The notes beneath the pieces are model-generated. The model was not told where the DNA came from and searched no databases. It saw nothing but the letters and a program-made list of their open reading frames with translations. Positions 1-9,253 of a stretch of 64,000 nt of DNA are shown piece by piece. The stretch lies in contig CAVYGB010000002.1 in the NCBI GenBank assembly GCA_963767925.1, positions 192,001 to 256,000 on the forward strand. The letters run 5' to 3'. Position 1 is the stretch's first letter, and the number at the start of each line of letters is the position of its first letter. A program made the translations under genes and the position numbers. Source of the stretch: an uncultured delta proteobacterium (GTDB lineage Bacteria > Myxococcota_A > Polyangia > Fen-1088).

Positions 1-745
1 GCTGGAGCTGCCGCGAGCCCATGGCGGCCGCCGTGTAGGCCCCCGCGGTGGCGGCGGCCAGCAGGCCGTTCATCGTCCAGGCCAGCGCCGAATGGCCACC
101 CGAGCGGGGAGCTGGCCGCGCGGGCGGCGGCGCGGTCGCGCGGACCGGGGCGGGCGCCGCCAGCCGGGGGGGCGGGTCGGCGGGCGGGGGACCCAGCTCG
201 AGCGCCACCCGCACGGTCTCGCGCGCGGCCACGTCGACCTCGCGGCTGGCGCGCGGTCCGCCCGGGCAGCTCACCGCCAGGCGGCGCCTCCCGATGGAGA
301 CCAGCAGCGACTCGGCCAGCGGGGTGGTGCCCACCCGCTGATCGTCGACCGCCACCTCGCACCGCTCCCGGTCGCTGCGCAGCTCGATGTGGCCGACCCG
401 GTCGCGCAGCAGCTCGACCGTCTCGCGGACCTCGGCGTGGTGGGCGGCCTGCTTGCCCGTCTCGACGAGGAAACGCTCCAGGGTGCGCAGGGCGGCGGCG
501 TATTCGCGGAGCTGGAACTCGGTCTGCCCGATGTTGTAGAGGGCGCTGGCCCGGGGCAGCAGGGTGTGGGCCCGGCGGAACTCGAGCAGGGCGCCGCGGA
601 AGTCCCCCTCGTTGTAGAGCATCACCCCGCGCTGGAAACGCCGGGAGGCCTCGGTGGCGACGTTCGCGCCCTGGGCGCGCGCGGCCACCGGCGCCAGCAG
701 GGTGGCGGCGATCAGGGCCAGGCAGCGAGCCAGCTGGCCGATCAT
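1..745 (-). CDS. Secreted TPR + PEGA domain protein (3' end outside window)
   Basis: Not in the ORF track. Manual translation from ATG 745: MIGQLARCLALIAATLLAPVAARAQ (signal), then EASRRFQRGVMLYNEGDFRGALLEFRRA..LYNIG (TPR), then EVAVDDQRVGTTPL (PEGA). ATGA overlap with the upstream stop. Confidence 0.85.
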   Translation of the reverse strand, partial: MIGQLARCLALIAATLLAPVAARAQGANVATEASRRFQRGVMLYNEGDFRGALLEFRRAHTLLPRASALYNIGQTEFQLREYAAALRTLERFLVETGKQAAHHAEVRETVELLRDRVGHIELRSDRERCEVAVDDQRVGTTPLAESLLVSIGRRRLAVSCPGGPRASREVDVAARETVRVALELGPPPADPPPRLAAPAPVRATAPPPARPAPRSGGHSALAWTMNGLLAAATAGAYTAAAMGSRQLQ

Positions 746-1749
746 CGGTGGTCGTCCGCGTAGGGGTCGCGGGCCTCGATGCGGCGGCGCCCGGGCTCGG
801 GATCGAGGCCGGGGCTGCTCGGGCGGCCGGTCGGCGGGCCGAGCCGCCGGGCGGGGACAGCGGGGGGACGGCGGACGTTGCGCTCGCGGCCCCCGCCCAC
901 CGCGGACAGCGGCGAGAGGCTCAGGTCCAGCACGACGTTGTCGGAGAAGGTCACGAACCGCTCCTTGCTCTCGTAGCCGGGGGCCACCACCCGCAGGTGG
1001 TGGGTGTCCGGATTGCGGGGGAAGCGGGCGACGAAGGTGCTCGACGGCATGAGGTGGCCATCGACCCGCACCTTGGCGTTCTCCGGCCACACCGTGACCG
1101 ACAGCAGGATCGTGTCGACCACCGGCGGCGGCGCCTCGGCGGGAGGATCGGCGCCGAGGGTGGGATCGGCCCCCGGGTCGGGGGCAGGGTCGGTCCCGGG
1201 ATCGGCGGCCTGCTCGGACCCGGGATCGGAGGGCAACGGGGGGGCCGGCCCGGCGGCCGAGGACGTGGGCTCGGGATCGGGGGGCGCGCCGCCGGACGGG
1301 GACTCCCGCTCCGAGCCGGGCGCCGCCTCGGGCGGCTGCTCGGCGGCGAAGACCGCCGCCGCGCTGGCCGGGGGGGACCCTCCCGGGCCGGGGCCCTCCG
1401 GCGGCGACTCGGGCAGCGCCGGCGCCGCGGCCAGCGCCTCGACCGGGGCCGCCTCGGGCCCGCCCCATCCGTCGAGCAAGCGGGTCAACGCGGTCCCCGC
1501 CATGAACGACACGACGACGAGGATCAACGCGCCCAGGGCCACCAGCACCGGCCGCAGGCGCAGGTACAGCCGCGCGCCCCGGTGCCGGATCATCGTCACG
1601 GTGGGCGGGCGGGCCACCGTGGTCTTGTCATCCGGATCGTAGAAGGACGCGTCCGGATCGGACCCGCGGTGAAAAGAGGAGAAGGACCGCGCGCTCGGCG
1701 TGATCGGTTCGATGACGAGCGTGGTGGGCTTGCGAGGTCGCGGCTTCAT
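742..1749 (-). CDS. Membrane-anchored Pro-rich PEGA-like protein
   Basis: One TM (VLVALGALILVVVSFMAG), Pro-rich linker, C-terminal VTVWPENAKVRVDG..LRVVAPGYE PEGA-like motif. Confidence 0.75.
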   Translation of the reverse strand: MKPRPRKPTTLVIEPITPSARSFSSFHRGSDPDASFYDPDDKTTVARPPTVTMIRHRGARLYLRLRPVLVALGALILVVVSFMAGTALTRLLDGWGGPEAAPVEALAAAPALPESPPEGPGPGGSPPASAAAVFAAEQPPEAAPGSERESPSGGAPPDPEPTSSAAGPAPPLPSDPGSEQAADPGTDPAPDPGADPTLGADPPAEAPPPVVDTILLSVTVWPENAKVRVDGHLMPSSTFVARFPRNPDTHHLRVVAPGYESKERFVTFSDNVVLDLSLSPLSAVGGGRERNVRRPPAVPARRLGPPTGRPSSPGLDPEPGRRRIEARDPYADDHR

Positions 1750-2259
1750 GGTTCACCGGATGGGCAGCAGCAGGGGGGCCCGACAGAGGCGAGTTCGAAG
1801 GAACTACTCGGCGAGCGCGCCTGACGATGAGCTCCGCGATCAAAGCCCACCCACGTTCGGCGCGAAAGCTCGGCTAGGAAGAGAATGGAGCCAGCGGCGG
1901 GGGCGCAGCGGAGGGCTCGGAGAAACTCGATCAAAGTATCAAAACGAGCCCGGTATTTTCACCCGTGTTTGAACAAAATTTCTCTCTGTTTTCGATTTTC
2001 CGCCTCGGTGTGGGACAAAAACCTTCGAGGGGCCTGATTACCCTGAGCGGGAAACCCGCGCCATTGCCCAAACAAGAAGGGACGGTAACAACACCATCAC
2101 AAACCCAGCACACGCACCGGTCAGGTCGTTGAGCCACTTACATGGCCGCCAGAACCCCTGAGCGCCCCCTGAACCGGATCCGTCGAGGGGCCTGAGGCCG
2201 GCGCCAGCGCGGGCGGGCGCAGACAGCAGAGAGCGGGTGCCTCTCTCCTCTCTTCGGCA

Positions 2260-2380
2260 CCCTCTCCCCGCGCCTGCCGTTGGGAGAGGGCGGGGTGAGG
2301 GGCGGTTGCCACGCCGGAGAACCTCACCCGGCGCGCAGACGCGCCGACCTCCCCACGGCAGACCGCGGGGAGAGGTGATG
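2260..2380 (+). repeat. Palindromic REP/MITE-like element, family A
   Basis: ccctctcccc..gggagaggg..ggtgagggg..cctcaccc..acggcagaccgcggggagaggtgatgg; near-identical to 41242-41381 and to the reverse complement of 20413-20550. Confidence 0.8.
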
Positions 2381-2448
2381 GAGGGTGGGAACGCCGGTGG
2401 CTCTGCCCTGCAGATGATCGGGGCCGCCGCGCTCGCGGCGAACGTCGA

Positions 2449-3486
2449 TCAGGCGACGCGGAGGCCGGTGGCGGGGGGGCGGGCGACCACCGTCGTGTGG
2501 GCGGTGGGGCGGCGGAGGCGGGCGGCGCTGGCGCCGTCGTTGGCGGCCGGCTCGGTCAGGCTGAGGTGCAGGAGCGCCGGCGATTGGGGCCGGGGCGGGA
2601 TCGACATGTCGGCCACCGGCCGCGCCGCCCGGGCGAGCTGCTCGGCGAACTCGAGGATGCGGGGGTAGCGGCCCTCGGCGCGCTTGCACAGCGCCCGGCG
2701 CAACACCGCCTCCACGCCGTCGGCCGGCCAGGCGACCCGCGAGCCCAGCGGCGCCGGCTCGGCGTGGATGATCCGGGCCAGGACCTCGACCGTCGTGTCG
2801 CCCGGGAAGGGATCGGCCCCGGTGAGCAAGACGTAGGTCAGCACGGCGAGGGCGAACTGATCGGCCCGCCCGTCGATCTCGTCGTTGCGGCACTCGGCCT
2901 GCTCGGGCGCCATGTACGAGGGCGTGCCCAGCATGAGGCTGGTCGGCTCGGTCGAGCCCGAGCGGGTGCCGAACATCTGGGCCACCCCGAAGTCGAGCAC
3001 CTTGACCAGGTCGCGGTGGCCCTCGCGATCGACGAGCATGACGTTGGCCGGCTTCAGATCGCCGTGCACCACCCGCCGGGCGTGGGCCGCCTCGAGCGCC
3101 GAGGCGATCTGGTGGACGATGCGCACCACCCGATCGAGCGAGAGCGGTCCCCCCTCCACCACGTGCTGGGCGAGGTCGCGGCCCTCGACGTGCTCCATGA
3201 CGAGGAAGGGGACGCCCTCGGACAGCAGGTCGAAGTCGAACACCTGCACCACGTTGGGGTGGCGGATGAGGGCCAGGATCTCGGCCTCGCGCCGGAAGCG
3301 GGCGATCGACTTGGCATCGCCGGCCAGGCGAGCGTTGAGGATCTTGACGGCGAAGCTGCCGGGCAGCCGCACGTGCCGGGCGCGGTAGACCTCTCCCATG
3401 CCGCCCGAGGCGAGCTTGTCCCCGATGAGGTACGTCTCGCGCAGGAGCGTCTCCGGTTGCAAGAGAGGCTGGTTACCGCCCGACAT
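2449..3486 (-). CDS. Hanks-type Ser/Thr protein kinase
   Basis: [31 protein letters not shown] motifs; GAAAGGAAG RBS before ATG 3486. Confidence 0.93.
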   Translation of the reverse strand: MSGGNQPLLQPETLLRETYLIGDKLASGGMGEVYRARHVRLPGSFAVKILNARLAGDAKSIARFRREAEILALIRHPNVVQVFDFDLLSEGVPFLVMEHVEGRDLAQHVVEGGPLSLDRVVRIVHQIASALEAAHARRVVHGDLKPANVMLVDREGHRDLVKVLDFGVAQMFGTRSGSTEPTSLMLGTPSYMAPEQAECRNDEIDGRADQFALAVLTYVLLTGADPFPGDTTVEVLARIIHAEPAPLGSRVAWPADGVEAVLRRALCKRAEGRYPRILEFAEQLARAARPVADMSIPPRPQSPALLHLSLTEPAANDGASAARLRRPTAHTTVVARPPATGLRVA

Positions 3487-3530
3487 CGTGCTTCCTTTCG
3501 AGCCAGACGACCACCTGCGGTGGCCATCCG

Positions 3531-3695
3531 TCAATTTTCGTAGCGCTGCAAGAGCTCGCCTTCCGAGAGCTGCCGGGGGGGACTGCGTCCCTCCACCACC
3601 TGGCGATCGTCCTCCGGGCGCGCTTCGGGCTCCTGCTCCGGCTGCTGGGTGTTCGAACGGGGCGGGCTCCGGCGGTCCTGGCGCGATCGGTTCAT
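3531..3695 (-). CDS. Small hydrophilic hypothetical protein
   Basis: ATG 3695 with GGAGG RBS; 54 aa, no recognisable family. Confidence 0.35.
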   Translation of the reverse strand: MNRSRQDRRSPPRSNTQQPEQEPEARPEDDRQVVEGRSPPRQLSEGELLQRYEN

Positions 3696-3928
3696 GCGTC
3701 CTCCCGGGTTCACGCCGGGATCAGTATCCACGTACCGTGCCAAGGGCAGCAGGTCACACGCGCACCGCGCGAAACCCCGGCGCGACACGTCCGGCCGGGC
3801 GCGGCAGCGGTTATTGCTTTTCGATCTCTACACATGGCCGGCCCTGACGTAACCGTCTGCGCCCATGTGAGGAGTGCTAGCCCTGGCCGGCGAGCCGACC
3901 TATTCTTCATTCGTAGGGAGACAACGAC

Positions 3929-4153
3929 ATGCGGCGAATTTCCGGCAATTTGGACGACGGACGGATCGTTTTCGGGTCACGGCCAGCCGCGGCGCAGACC
4001 AAAGCTCGCGATCCAGTCTGCGGAATGCTGGTCGACCCGAGCGCCGCGCCCCAGGCCATGCACAGCGGGCACAGCTATTTCTTCTGCTCGCCCGAGTGTC
4101 GGGAAAAGTTCGAGACCGACCCGGACAAGTTCCTGTCCGGTTCGGGGACGTAG
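3929..4153 (+). CDS. YHS domain protein
   Basis: RDPVCGMLVDP..YFFCSPECREKF YHS signature; AGGGAG RBS. Confidence 0.9.
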   Translation: MRRISGNLDDGRIVFGSRPAAAQTKARDPVCGMLVDPSAAPQAMHSGHSYFFCSPECREKFETDPDKFLSGSGT

Positions 4154-4252
4154 CAGCGCCTCTCCGGATCCAGGCGCCTGACGCGGAAAAATGCCCGGGA
4201 TCACCGGGCAGCGCGCGGGCCCGGCTCGGGCCCGCTGGCGCACTGGCCCCTC

Positions 4253-4681
4253 TCAGATTCTCGAGGGAGCGGGATCCGCGAGTCGTCGGTAGGCCCCGAG
4301 CAGCAGCAGCCAGGTGCTCGCCTGCATCAGCCAGGTGGCGGGCCGCCGCCGCCCGCTGAGCATCAGCGCGAGCGACCCGGCCGCCAGGGCGCCCGCGGCC
4401 AGCGCGGGGCCCTCGCGCAGCAGCCGTTCCTTCATCGAGGGGGTGCAGGGGACCATCGTCATCGGCAAGGGCGCCTCCAGGGGCAGCCCGACCGACCCGA
4501 CCGGAGGCGGTATCCGCGGCGGCGCAGCCGCCGTCGCGACGCCGCCGCCCGTGGTCCAGCTCGGCGGGTCGCTGGCCGGGAACGAATCGTCGATGGTCTC
4601 ATCGATCTGCCTCTCGCCCGCGCGCGTCTGGTTCGTGTTCACCGCTTTGCCCCCGCTGTCGCTGGTTACCCGCTCGGCCAT
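4253..4681 (-). CDS. Hypothetical membrane protein with SFPASDPP motif
   Basis: IDETIDDSFPASDPPSWT, a motif recurrent in small bacterial hypotheticals; C-terminal hydrophobic helices. Confidence 0.7.
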   Translation of the reverse strand: MAERVTSDSGGKAVNTNQTRAGERQIDETIDDSFPASDPPSWTTGGGVATAAAPPRIPPPVGSVGLPLEAPLPMTMVPCTPSMKERLLREGPALAAGALAAGSLALMLSGRRRPATWLMQASTWLLLLGAYRRLADPAPSRI

Positions 4682-4810
4682 GACGCTCGCAACGATGGGT
4701 CCGCCGGAGACGGGGGCAACCGGCCCCCCAAAATGATACGGCGGGTAGGCCCCTGGGGGCCCGACCCGCCGTCCGCTGTCGGGCGAGGCCCGACCGGTCG
4801 CTCGACTACA

Positions 4811-5290
4811 TCAATTGAAGGAATGCTTGAGGCTGCTCATGCGGGCGTGGGTCATCTCCTGTGCGCCCCGGAGCTGGGTCTCGGCAACCTTGCGCGACTC
4901 GGCGTCGAGCTTGTCCAGCTCCTCGCGCGCCCGGTACATCTTGAGGCCGTAGTCCTCGCCCTCCTCGAGCGCGGCCAGGGCGGCGCGGGCCCCGAACACC
5001 TTGGCCCCGCCCTCGACCAGCTTGGCGAAGCCACCCCACACGCCCGATCCGTCCGAGGGGCGCCCGCCGAGCTGCTGGATGCGGGTGCGCAGCAGGTTCA
5101 CCCGCTCCTGGTGCGAGCGCAGACACTCGTCGAGCGCGCTGCGGATGCTCGGCTCGCTGATCTTGCCCGCGGCCATCTGGTAGGTCTCGACCGCGGAGAT
5201 CTCGCCACGCAGGTAGCTGTTGAGCACCTCGACGCTCTTCTCCAGGGTCTCGGGGGTCGTCGTCGAACGAACGTTTGGATCGATTGCCAT
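4811..5290 (-). CDS. DUF2383/PA2169-family ferritin-like four-helix bundle protein
   Basis: LNSYLRGEISAVETY..H..L..RI..LGG.P..GSG.WG..ALEEGEDYG. Confidence 0.85.
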   Translation of the reverse strand: MAIDPNVRSTTTPETLEKSVEVLNSYLRGEISAVETYQMAAGKISEPSIRSALDECLRSHQERVNLLRTRIQQLGGRPSDGSGVWGGFAKLVEGGAKVFGARAALAALEEGEDYGLKMYRAREELDKLDAESRKVAETQLRGAQEMTHARMSSLKHSFN

Positions 5291-5483
5291 CGTCAGCGTC
5301 TCCTTCACTTGGGTTTGGTACTGGTGCGGACTATGGAGTCGAAACTCCATCAAGCAATGTCGATGGCCCACGGGTTCGAGGTCACCGCTCTGTGACCCCG
5401 GCGATCCGCGGCAGTAACGTCCCGCCCGCTCTGGATCGGCGCAAAATCAGCGCGAATCGCCCTTTCGGGGTCGTTTCGGTCCT

Positions 5484-5498
5484 TGGCATGCCGCTTGA
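5484..5498 (+). promoter_or_regulatory. Possible sigma54 -24/-12 promoter
   Basis: TGGCATG-CCGC-TTGA with correct spacing but imperfect -12; about 65 bp upstream of ATG 5563. Confidence 0.3.
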
Positions 5499-5562
5499 GT
5501 ACTTTCCTCACTGCGGACCGAACCGCGAATGGTCGTGTTGGATGGAAAAAGGAGCTAAGAGC

Positions 5563-6300
5563 ATGAGTACTGAGACGAAGCGATACGGGAAGTGCGGGGC
5601 GCTGTTTCGTGGGTCGCTCGTCCCGGCGCTGCTCTGCGGGTTGGCGCTTCCGGCTGCCGCCTACGCGCAGACGGAGAGCCAGGGCGAGGTGCCACTCGGA
5701 CAAGGTGCCCCACCTTCGCAACTTCCGGCACCGCGGTCAGACAATGACCCGCAGCCGGCAGTGCCAGCCCCCACGGTGCCAGTGACGGGCGTGACCAAGC
5801 AGGCCGGCGTCGGCGGGACGCAGGCCTATGGGCGGGCGGGGGTGATGGAGCTGGGTGGCTCGGCCGGGTTCTCGGCGGCCTCCAACTACAGCCGCTTCGA
5901 GCTGTCGCCCTCTATCGGCGTCTACGCGGTCGACAACCTGGAGTTCTCGCTCCTCACCGGCTTCAGCCACTTCCGCATCGGGGCCTCCGACGGCGCCGAG
6001 GCGGCCTCCGCGACGGAGATCAAGGCGCTGATCGAGCCGAGCCTCCACCTGCCCTTCTCGCAGGTGGCGTTCGGCTTCGTCGGCGTCGGCGCGGGCTTCA
6101 ACTACATCAGCGGGCACGACGCGGGCTTTGCCCTCCAGCCGCGGCTGGGGTTCAACTTCCTCATCGGCCGCTCCGGTGTGCTGACCCCCGCCTTCAACGT
6201 GGCTTACTCGACCGTCGAGGCGCTGCGGACCGAGGTCGGGACGGTGCTGGCCGTGCAGACCTCGTACGGCATGAACATCGGCTACACGGTCATGTGGTAA
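5563..6300 (+). CDS. Outer-membrane beta-barrel protein
   Basis: Signal peptide ending AAAYA-Q; alternating amphipathic strands; terminal aromatic (IGYTVMW); AGGAG RBS. Confidence 0.8.
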   Translation: MSTETKRYGKCGALFRGSLVPALLCGLALPAAAYAQTESQGEVPLGQGAPPSQLPAPRSDNDPQPAVPAPTVPVTGVTKQAGVGGTQAYGRAGVMELGGSAGFSAASNYSRFELSPSIGVYAVDNLEFSLLTGFSHFRIGASDGAEAASATEIKALIEPSLHLPFSQVAFGFVGVGAGFNYISGHDAGFALQPRLGFNFLIGRSGVLTPAFNVAYSTVEALRTEVGTVLAVQTSYGMNIGYTVMW

Positions 6301-6337
6301 GGCCCCCCCGGCTAGCACAACCGAAAGCGACAACCAC

Positions 6338-6422
6338 CGAGACCCCGGCCGGGATTTCCCGACCGGGGTCTCGTCTTTTCCCCCCGGCCCGGGATCCCTC
6401 CGACCGGGGGTTTTCTCTTTTC
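6338..6422 (+). terminator. Tandem pair of related Rho-independent terminator hairpins
   Basis: gagaccccggccggga-tt-tcccgaccggggtctc then T-tract; ccccggcccgggatccctccgaccgggg then ttttctctttt. Confidence 0.8.
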
Positions 6423-6479
6423 CGCGAACCTTTCCCGAGCTGCGGTGTTGGATCGGGGGCGGGGAGACGCCCAGGTCGG

Positions 6480-6581
6480 CCGCAGGAGACCGAAGAGCGC
6501 CTGCAGCAGCGCACGCGGGCCCTCGAGGAGCGCCTCGAGCGCCTGGAGAAGCAGCTCCAGCAGCCAGCGCCGAAGAAGTGA
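6480..6581 (+). pseudogene. Orphan 3' end of a coiled-coil protein gene
   Basis: QETEERLQQRTRALEERLERLEKQLQQPAPKK* in typical GC3 codon usage; no credible start. Confidence 0.5.
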
Positions 6582-6631
6582 GTCCCCCACCGGCGCGCAT
6601 GGCGTTCGGTCATGCGCCGCACGGCCGAAGA

Positions 6632-6677
6632 CCCCTCACCCCTCCCTCTCCCCGCTGCCGCGGGGCGAGGGCGAACA
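6632..6677 (+). repeat. Palindromic REP-like element, family B
   Basis: ccctcacccctccctctccccgctgccgcggggcgagggcgaac; copies at 7040 and 46622. Confidence 0.8.
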
Positions 6678-6682
6678 CCTTC

Positions 6683-6934
6683 AGATGAACGCCGACGGCA
6701 GCGCGGTGACCGGCAGCAAGCTGGCCGAGGCCGCCGCCCCCGGCACCATCCCCTGGCTCCTGCCCGGCGCCACCCCGAAGGCGCCCGCCGGCCAGCTCGC
6801 CCCGGCCAGCTACATCCAGCGGATCGCCACCACCGGCGGCCTCACCCCCACCGCCCTGCGACGCCACCCGCGCCGGCCGCGACACCGGCACCTTCTACAC
6901 CGCCACCTACCTCTTCTTCCGCAAGGTCCCTTGA
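6683..6934 (+). pseudogene. C-terminal half of a DUF3455-family gene
   Basis: DGSAVTG..PGTIPWLL..SYIQRIATTGGLTP, then after a 1-nt shift CDATRAG..YTATYLFFRKVP*; 5' half absent. Confidence 0.75.
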
Positions 6935-6960
6935 TCGAGGCGAAGGCGTTCAGCGGACCG

Positions 6961-7142
6961 TTTGCCCTCTCCCCGGCCACAGACGGCCGCGGGGAGAGGG
7001 TCCAGGAGCACCGAGCGGTTTGATCCGCGAACACCGGAGCCCCTCACCCCTCCCTGTCCCCGCTGCCCCGGGGCGAGGGCGAACGGAACGGTGAGCCGAA
7101 TCCTCGGAGAAGGTCGCCATGGACCCCACTCGGAAGATGATC
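6961..7142 (+). repeat. Partial family A hairpin plus extended family B element
   Basis: 6961-7002 matches family A; 7040-7142 resembles 46622-46745 (gcgaacgga..gccgaa..gccatg.accc..ctcggaagatga). Confidence 0.7.
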
Positions 7143-7280
7143 GAGGCCACATCGCCCGACCTGTGGTGCCCGGTCGGCCACCTCGGCCACCTGCTGGCCG
7201 GCCACCTGTTGCCCACCGCCCTGCTCGGCCTGCTCGGCGCCTGGCTGGGCCAGCGCCTGCTGGGCCTCCGCGGCCTCTAG
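7119..7280 (+). pseudogene. C-terminal fragment of an NrsF/DUF1109-like membrane protein, ATG supplied by the repeat
   Basis: 53-aa ORF MDPTRKMIEATSP-DLWCPVGHLGHLLAGHLLPTALLGLLGAWLGQRLL; LxCP..H...H pattern resembles NrsF-like C-termini. Confidence 0.55.
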
Positions 7281-7295
7281 CAGCGCCCGCGCGAC

Positions 7296-9197
7296 TCAGC
7301 GGTCGGGGGCCAGGGCGCGCAGGCGGCGGTGGGTCTCGCCCACGACGTCGAAGGGCTTCTCCACGCAGTCGTCGGCGTGGCTGACCAGGAAGTCGGCCGC
7401 CCAATCGGTGAAGGCGCCGCCGGTCATGAAGACCACCCGGGTCAGGCGGTGGGGGGCCCGGTCGGCGAGCACGTCGGCCAGGTCCATGCCCGACATGCCC
7501 TTCATCATGAGGTCGCAGTAGACGAGGTCGAAGGCGGCGTCCCCCAGCAGCAGCGACGAGGCGCTGGCCGCGTCGGGGACCACCTCGGTGTCGAACCCGG
7601 CCTCGGCGAGCTGGCCGGAGAGGGCCTTGGCCACCAGCGGCTCGTCGTCGATCAGCAACACGCGGGGCCGCCGCCCCGCCGGAGGCGCCGGACCGGGGGG
7701 CGGTGGGGGGCGGCTGGCGGCGGTCCGCCCCGCCGCCGGCACCTCGACCCGGAAGATGGCCCCGCCGCCCGCCCGCTCGTGCACCGAGATCTCCCCGCCC
7801 AGCCCGCGCACGATGTTGCGGCAGACGAACAACCCCAGCCCGGTCCCCTCGCCGGTGGGGCGCCGGCTGACGAAGGCCTCGAACACGCGTTCGCGCTCGC
7901 TCTCGGGGATGCCCGGCCCCGAGTCGGACACCTCGATCGCCACCACCGTCCCCTCGTCGCGCAGCACCACCGCCACCTCTTGAAGGTCCGAGTCGCCGTC
8001 GGGCAGCGACTGCTGGGCGTTGATCAACAGATTCAGCAGGACCTGCGCCAGGCGGGTCTCGCTGGCCACCACCGCCGGAACCGCCGGCAGCCAGACCCGC
8101 AGGCGGGCCCGCAGCTCGACGTCCTTGCGCACCAGCTTGACCACGCTCTCGATCACCGGGCGCACGTCGATCGGCTCGAGGCGGCCGTCGTCGGCCCGGG
8201 CGAAGGTGCGGAGGTCGCGGATGATGGTGGCGATGCGCTGGACGCCCTGGTAGGCAGGGATCAGGTCCTCGATCATCTCGCTGGCCGCCGCCGCCAGCTC
8301 GGGCTGGCCGGCCAGGCGGGTCAGGTGGCGGTCGAGCCCCCGCCGCAGGCTGTACAGGTGGGCCAGGACGTAGGTGAGGGGGTTGTTCACCTCGTGGGCC
8401 ACGCTGGCGGCCAGGGTCCCCATGGCCATGACCCGGTCGCTCTGGATGGCGGCGGCCTGCAGGTGGCGCAGCTCGCTCATGTCGTGGGCCAGTCCGAGCA
8501 CGCCGGTCACCACCCCGTCTTCGCCCCGGATGGGCGTCAGCCAGGAGTCGAAGACGGCCTCGCCCACCTGCACGGTGTAATAGAGCGCCTCGCCCGCCAG
8601 GCCCTTGCGGATGTAGCCGGGGATGGTGGGGTGGTCGCGGTAGAGGTTCCAGATCGACTGCCCCACGAGATCCCCCGAGCGCACGCCGAGGGCCTTGAGC
8701 CCCGCCCCCTCGGACATCGTGATGATCCCCTCGGGATCGATCGAGAACAGCGCCACCGGGGCGTGGTCGACCGCCAGCTTGAGCTGGGCCACGATGGTGT
8801 CGCGCTCGGCCTCCACCAGGACCTCGCGGCTGACGTCGATGAAGGCGACGATGACGTGGCCCATCCGCCCCTGCCCATCGCGCAGGGGCTGCCCGAAGGC
8901 CCGGATGGGGACGCGCGCGCCGTCGGCCCGGTGGATCACCATCCCCTCGACGACAACGCTCTGGCCGCTGGCCACCACCTGGGAGAACGGGAGGCGCTCG
9001 ATCGGGAAGGCCTGGCCCCCGCGATCGAAGACCCGGTAGGTGGCGGGGATGTCCCCCAGCCGGCTGCCTTCCACCGCGGCCATGCCGAGGATCTCGCGAA
9101 ACGCCCGGTTGGCGTAGAGCACCCGCCCCTCCGGGACGCAGCCCACCCAGACACCGAGCGGCAGCTCATCAAGTATCCTCCCCGAGGAGTCGTCCAT
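7296..9197 (-). CDS. Hybrid PAS-PAS histidine kinase / response regulator
   Basis: Two PAS domains, AHEVNNPL H-box, DSGPG and GTGLGL boxes, C-terminal receiver (LIDDE, CDLMM, EKPF). Confidence 0.95.
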   Translation of the reverse strand: MDDSSGRILDELPLGVWVGCVPEGRVLYANRAFREILGMAAVEGSRLGDIPATYRVFDRGGQAFPIERLPFSQVVASGQSVVVEGMVIHRADGARVPIRAFGQPLRDGQGRMGHVIVAFIDVSREVLVEAERDTIVAQLKLAVDHAPVALFSIDPEGIITMSEGAGLKALGVRSGDLVGQSIWNLYRDHPTIPGYIRKGLAGEALYYTVQVGEAVFDSWLTPIRGEDGVVTGVLGLAHDMSELRHLQAAAIQSDRVMAMGTLAASVAHEVNNPLTYVLAHLYSLRRGLDRHLTRLAGQPELAAAASEMIEDLIPAYQGVQRIATIIRDLRTFARADDGRLEPIDVRPVIESVVKLVRKDVELRARLRVWLPAVPAVVASETRLAQVLLNLLINAQQSLPDGDSDLQEVAVVLRDEGTVVAIEVSDSGPGIPESERERVFEAFVSRRPTGEGTGLGLFVCRNIVRGLGGEISVHERAGGGAIFRVEVPAAGRTAASRPPPPPGPAPPAGRRPRVLLIDDEPLVAKALSGQLAEAGFDTEVVPDAASASSLLLGDAAFDLVYCDLMMKGMSGMDLADVLADRAPHRLTRVVFMTGGAFTDWAADFLVSHADDCVEKPFDVVGETHRRLRALAPDR

Positions 9198-9253
9198 CGC
9201 CGCAGCGACAGTATAGGTACACCTCGCCGCGCAGCATAGGCGCGATGGGGGGG

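Noticed and set aside
1850..2250. ncRNA or small gene in an AT-richer intergenic region
   Set aside because: No recognisable RNA motif or convincing ORF; probably promoter DNA.
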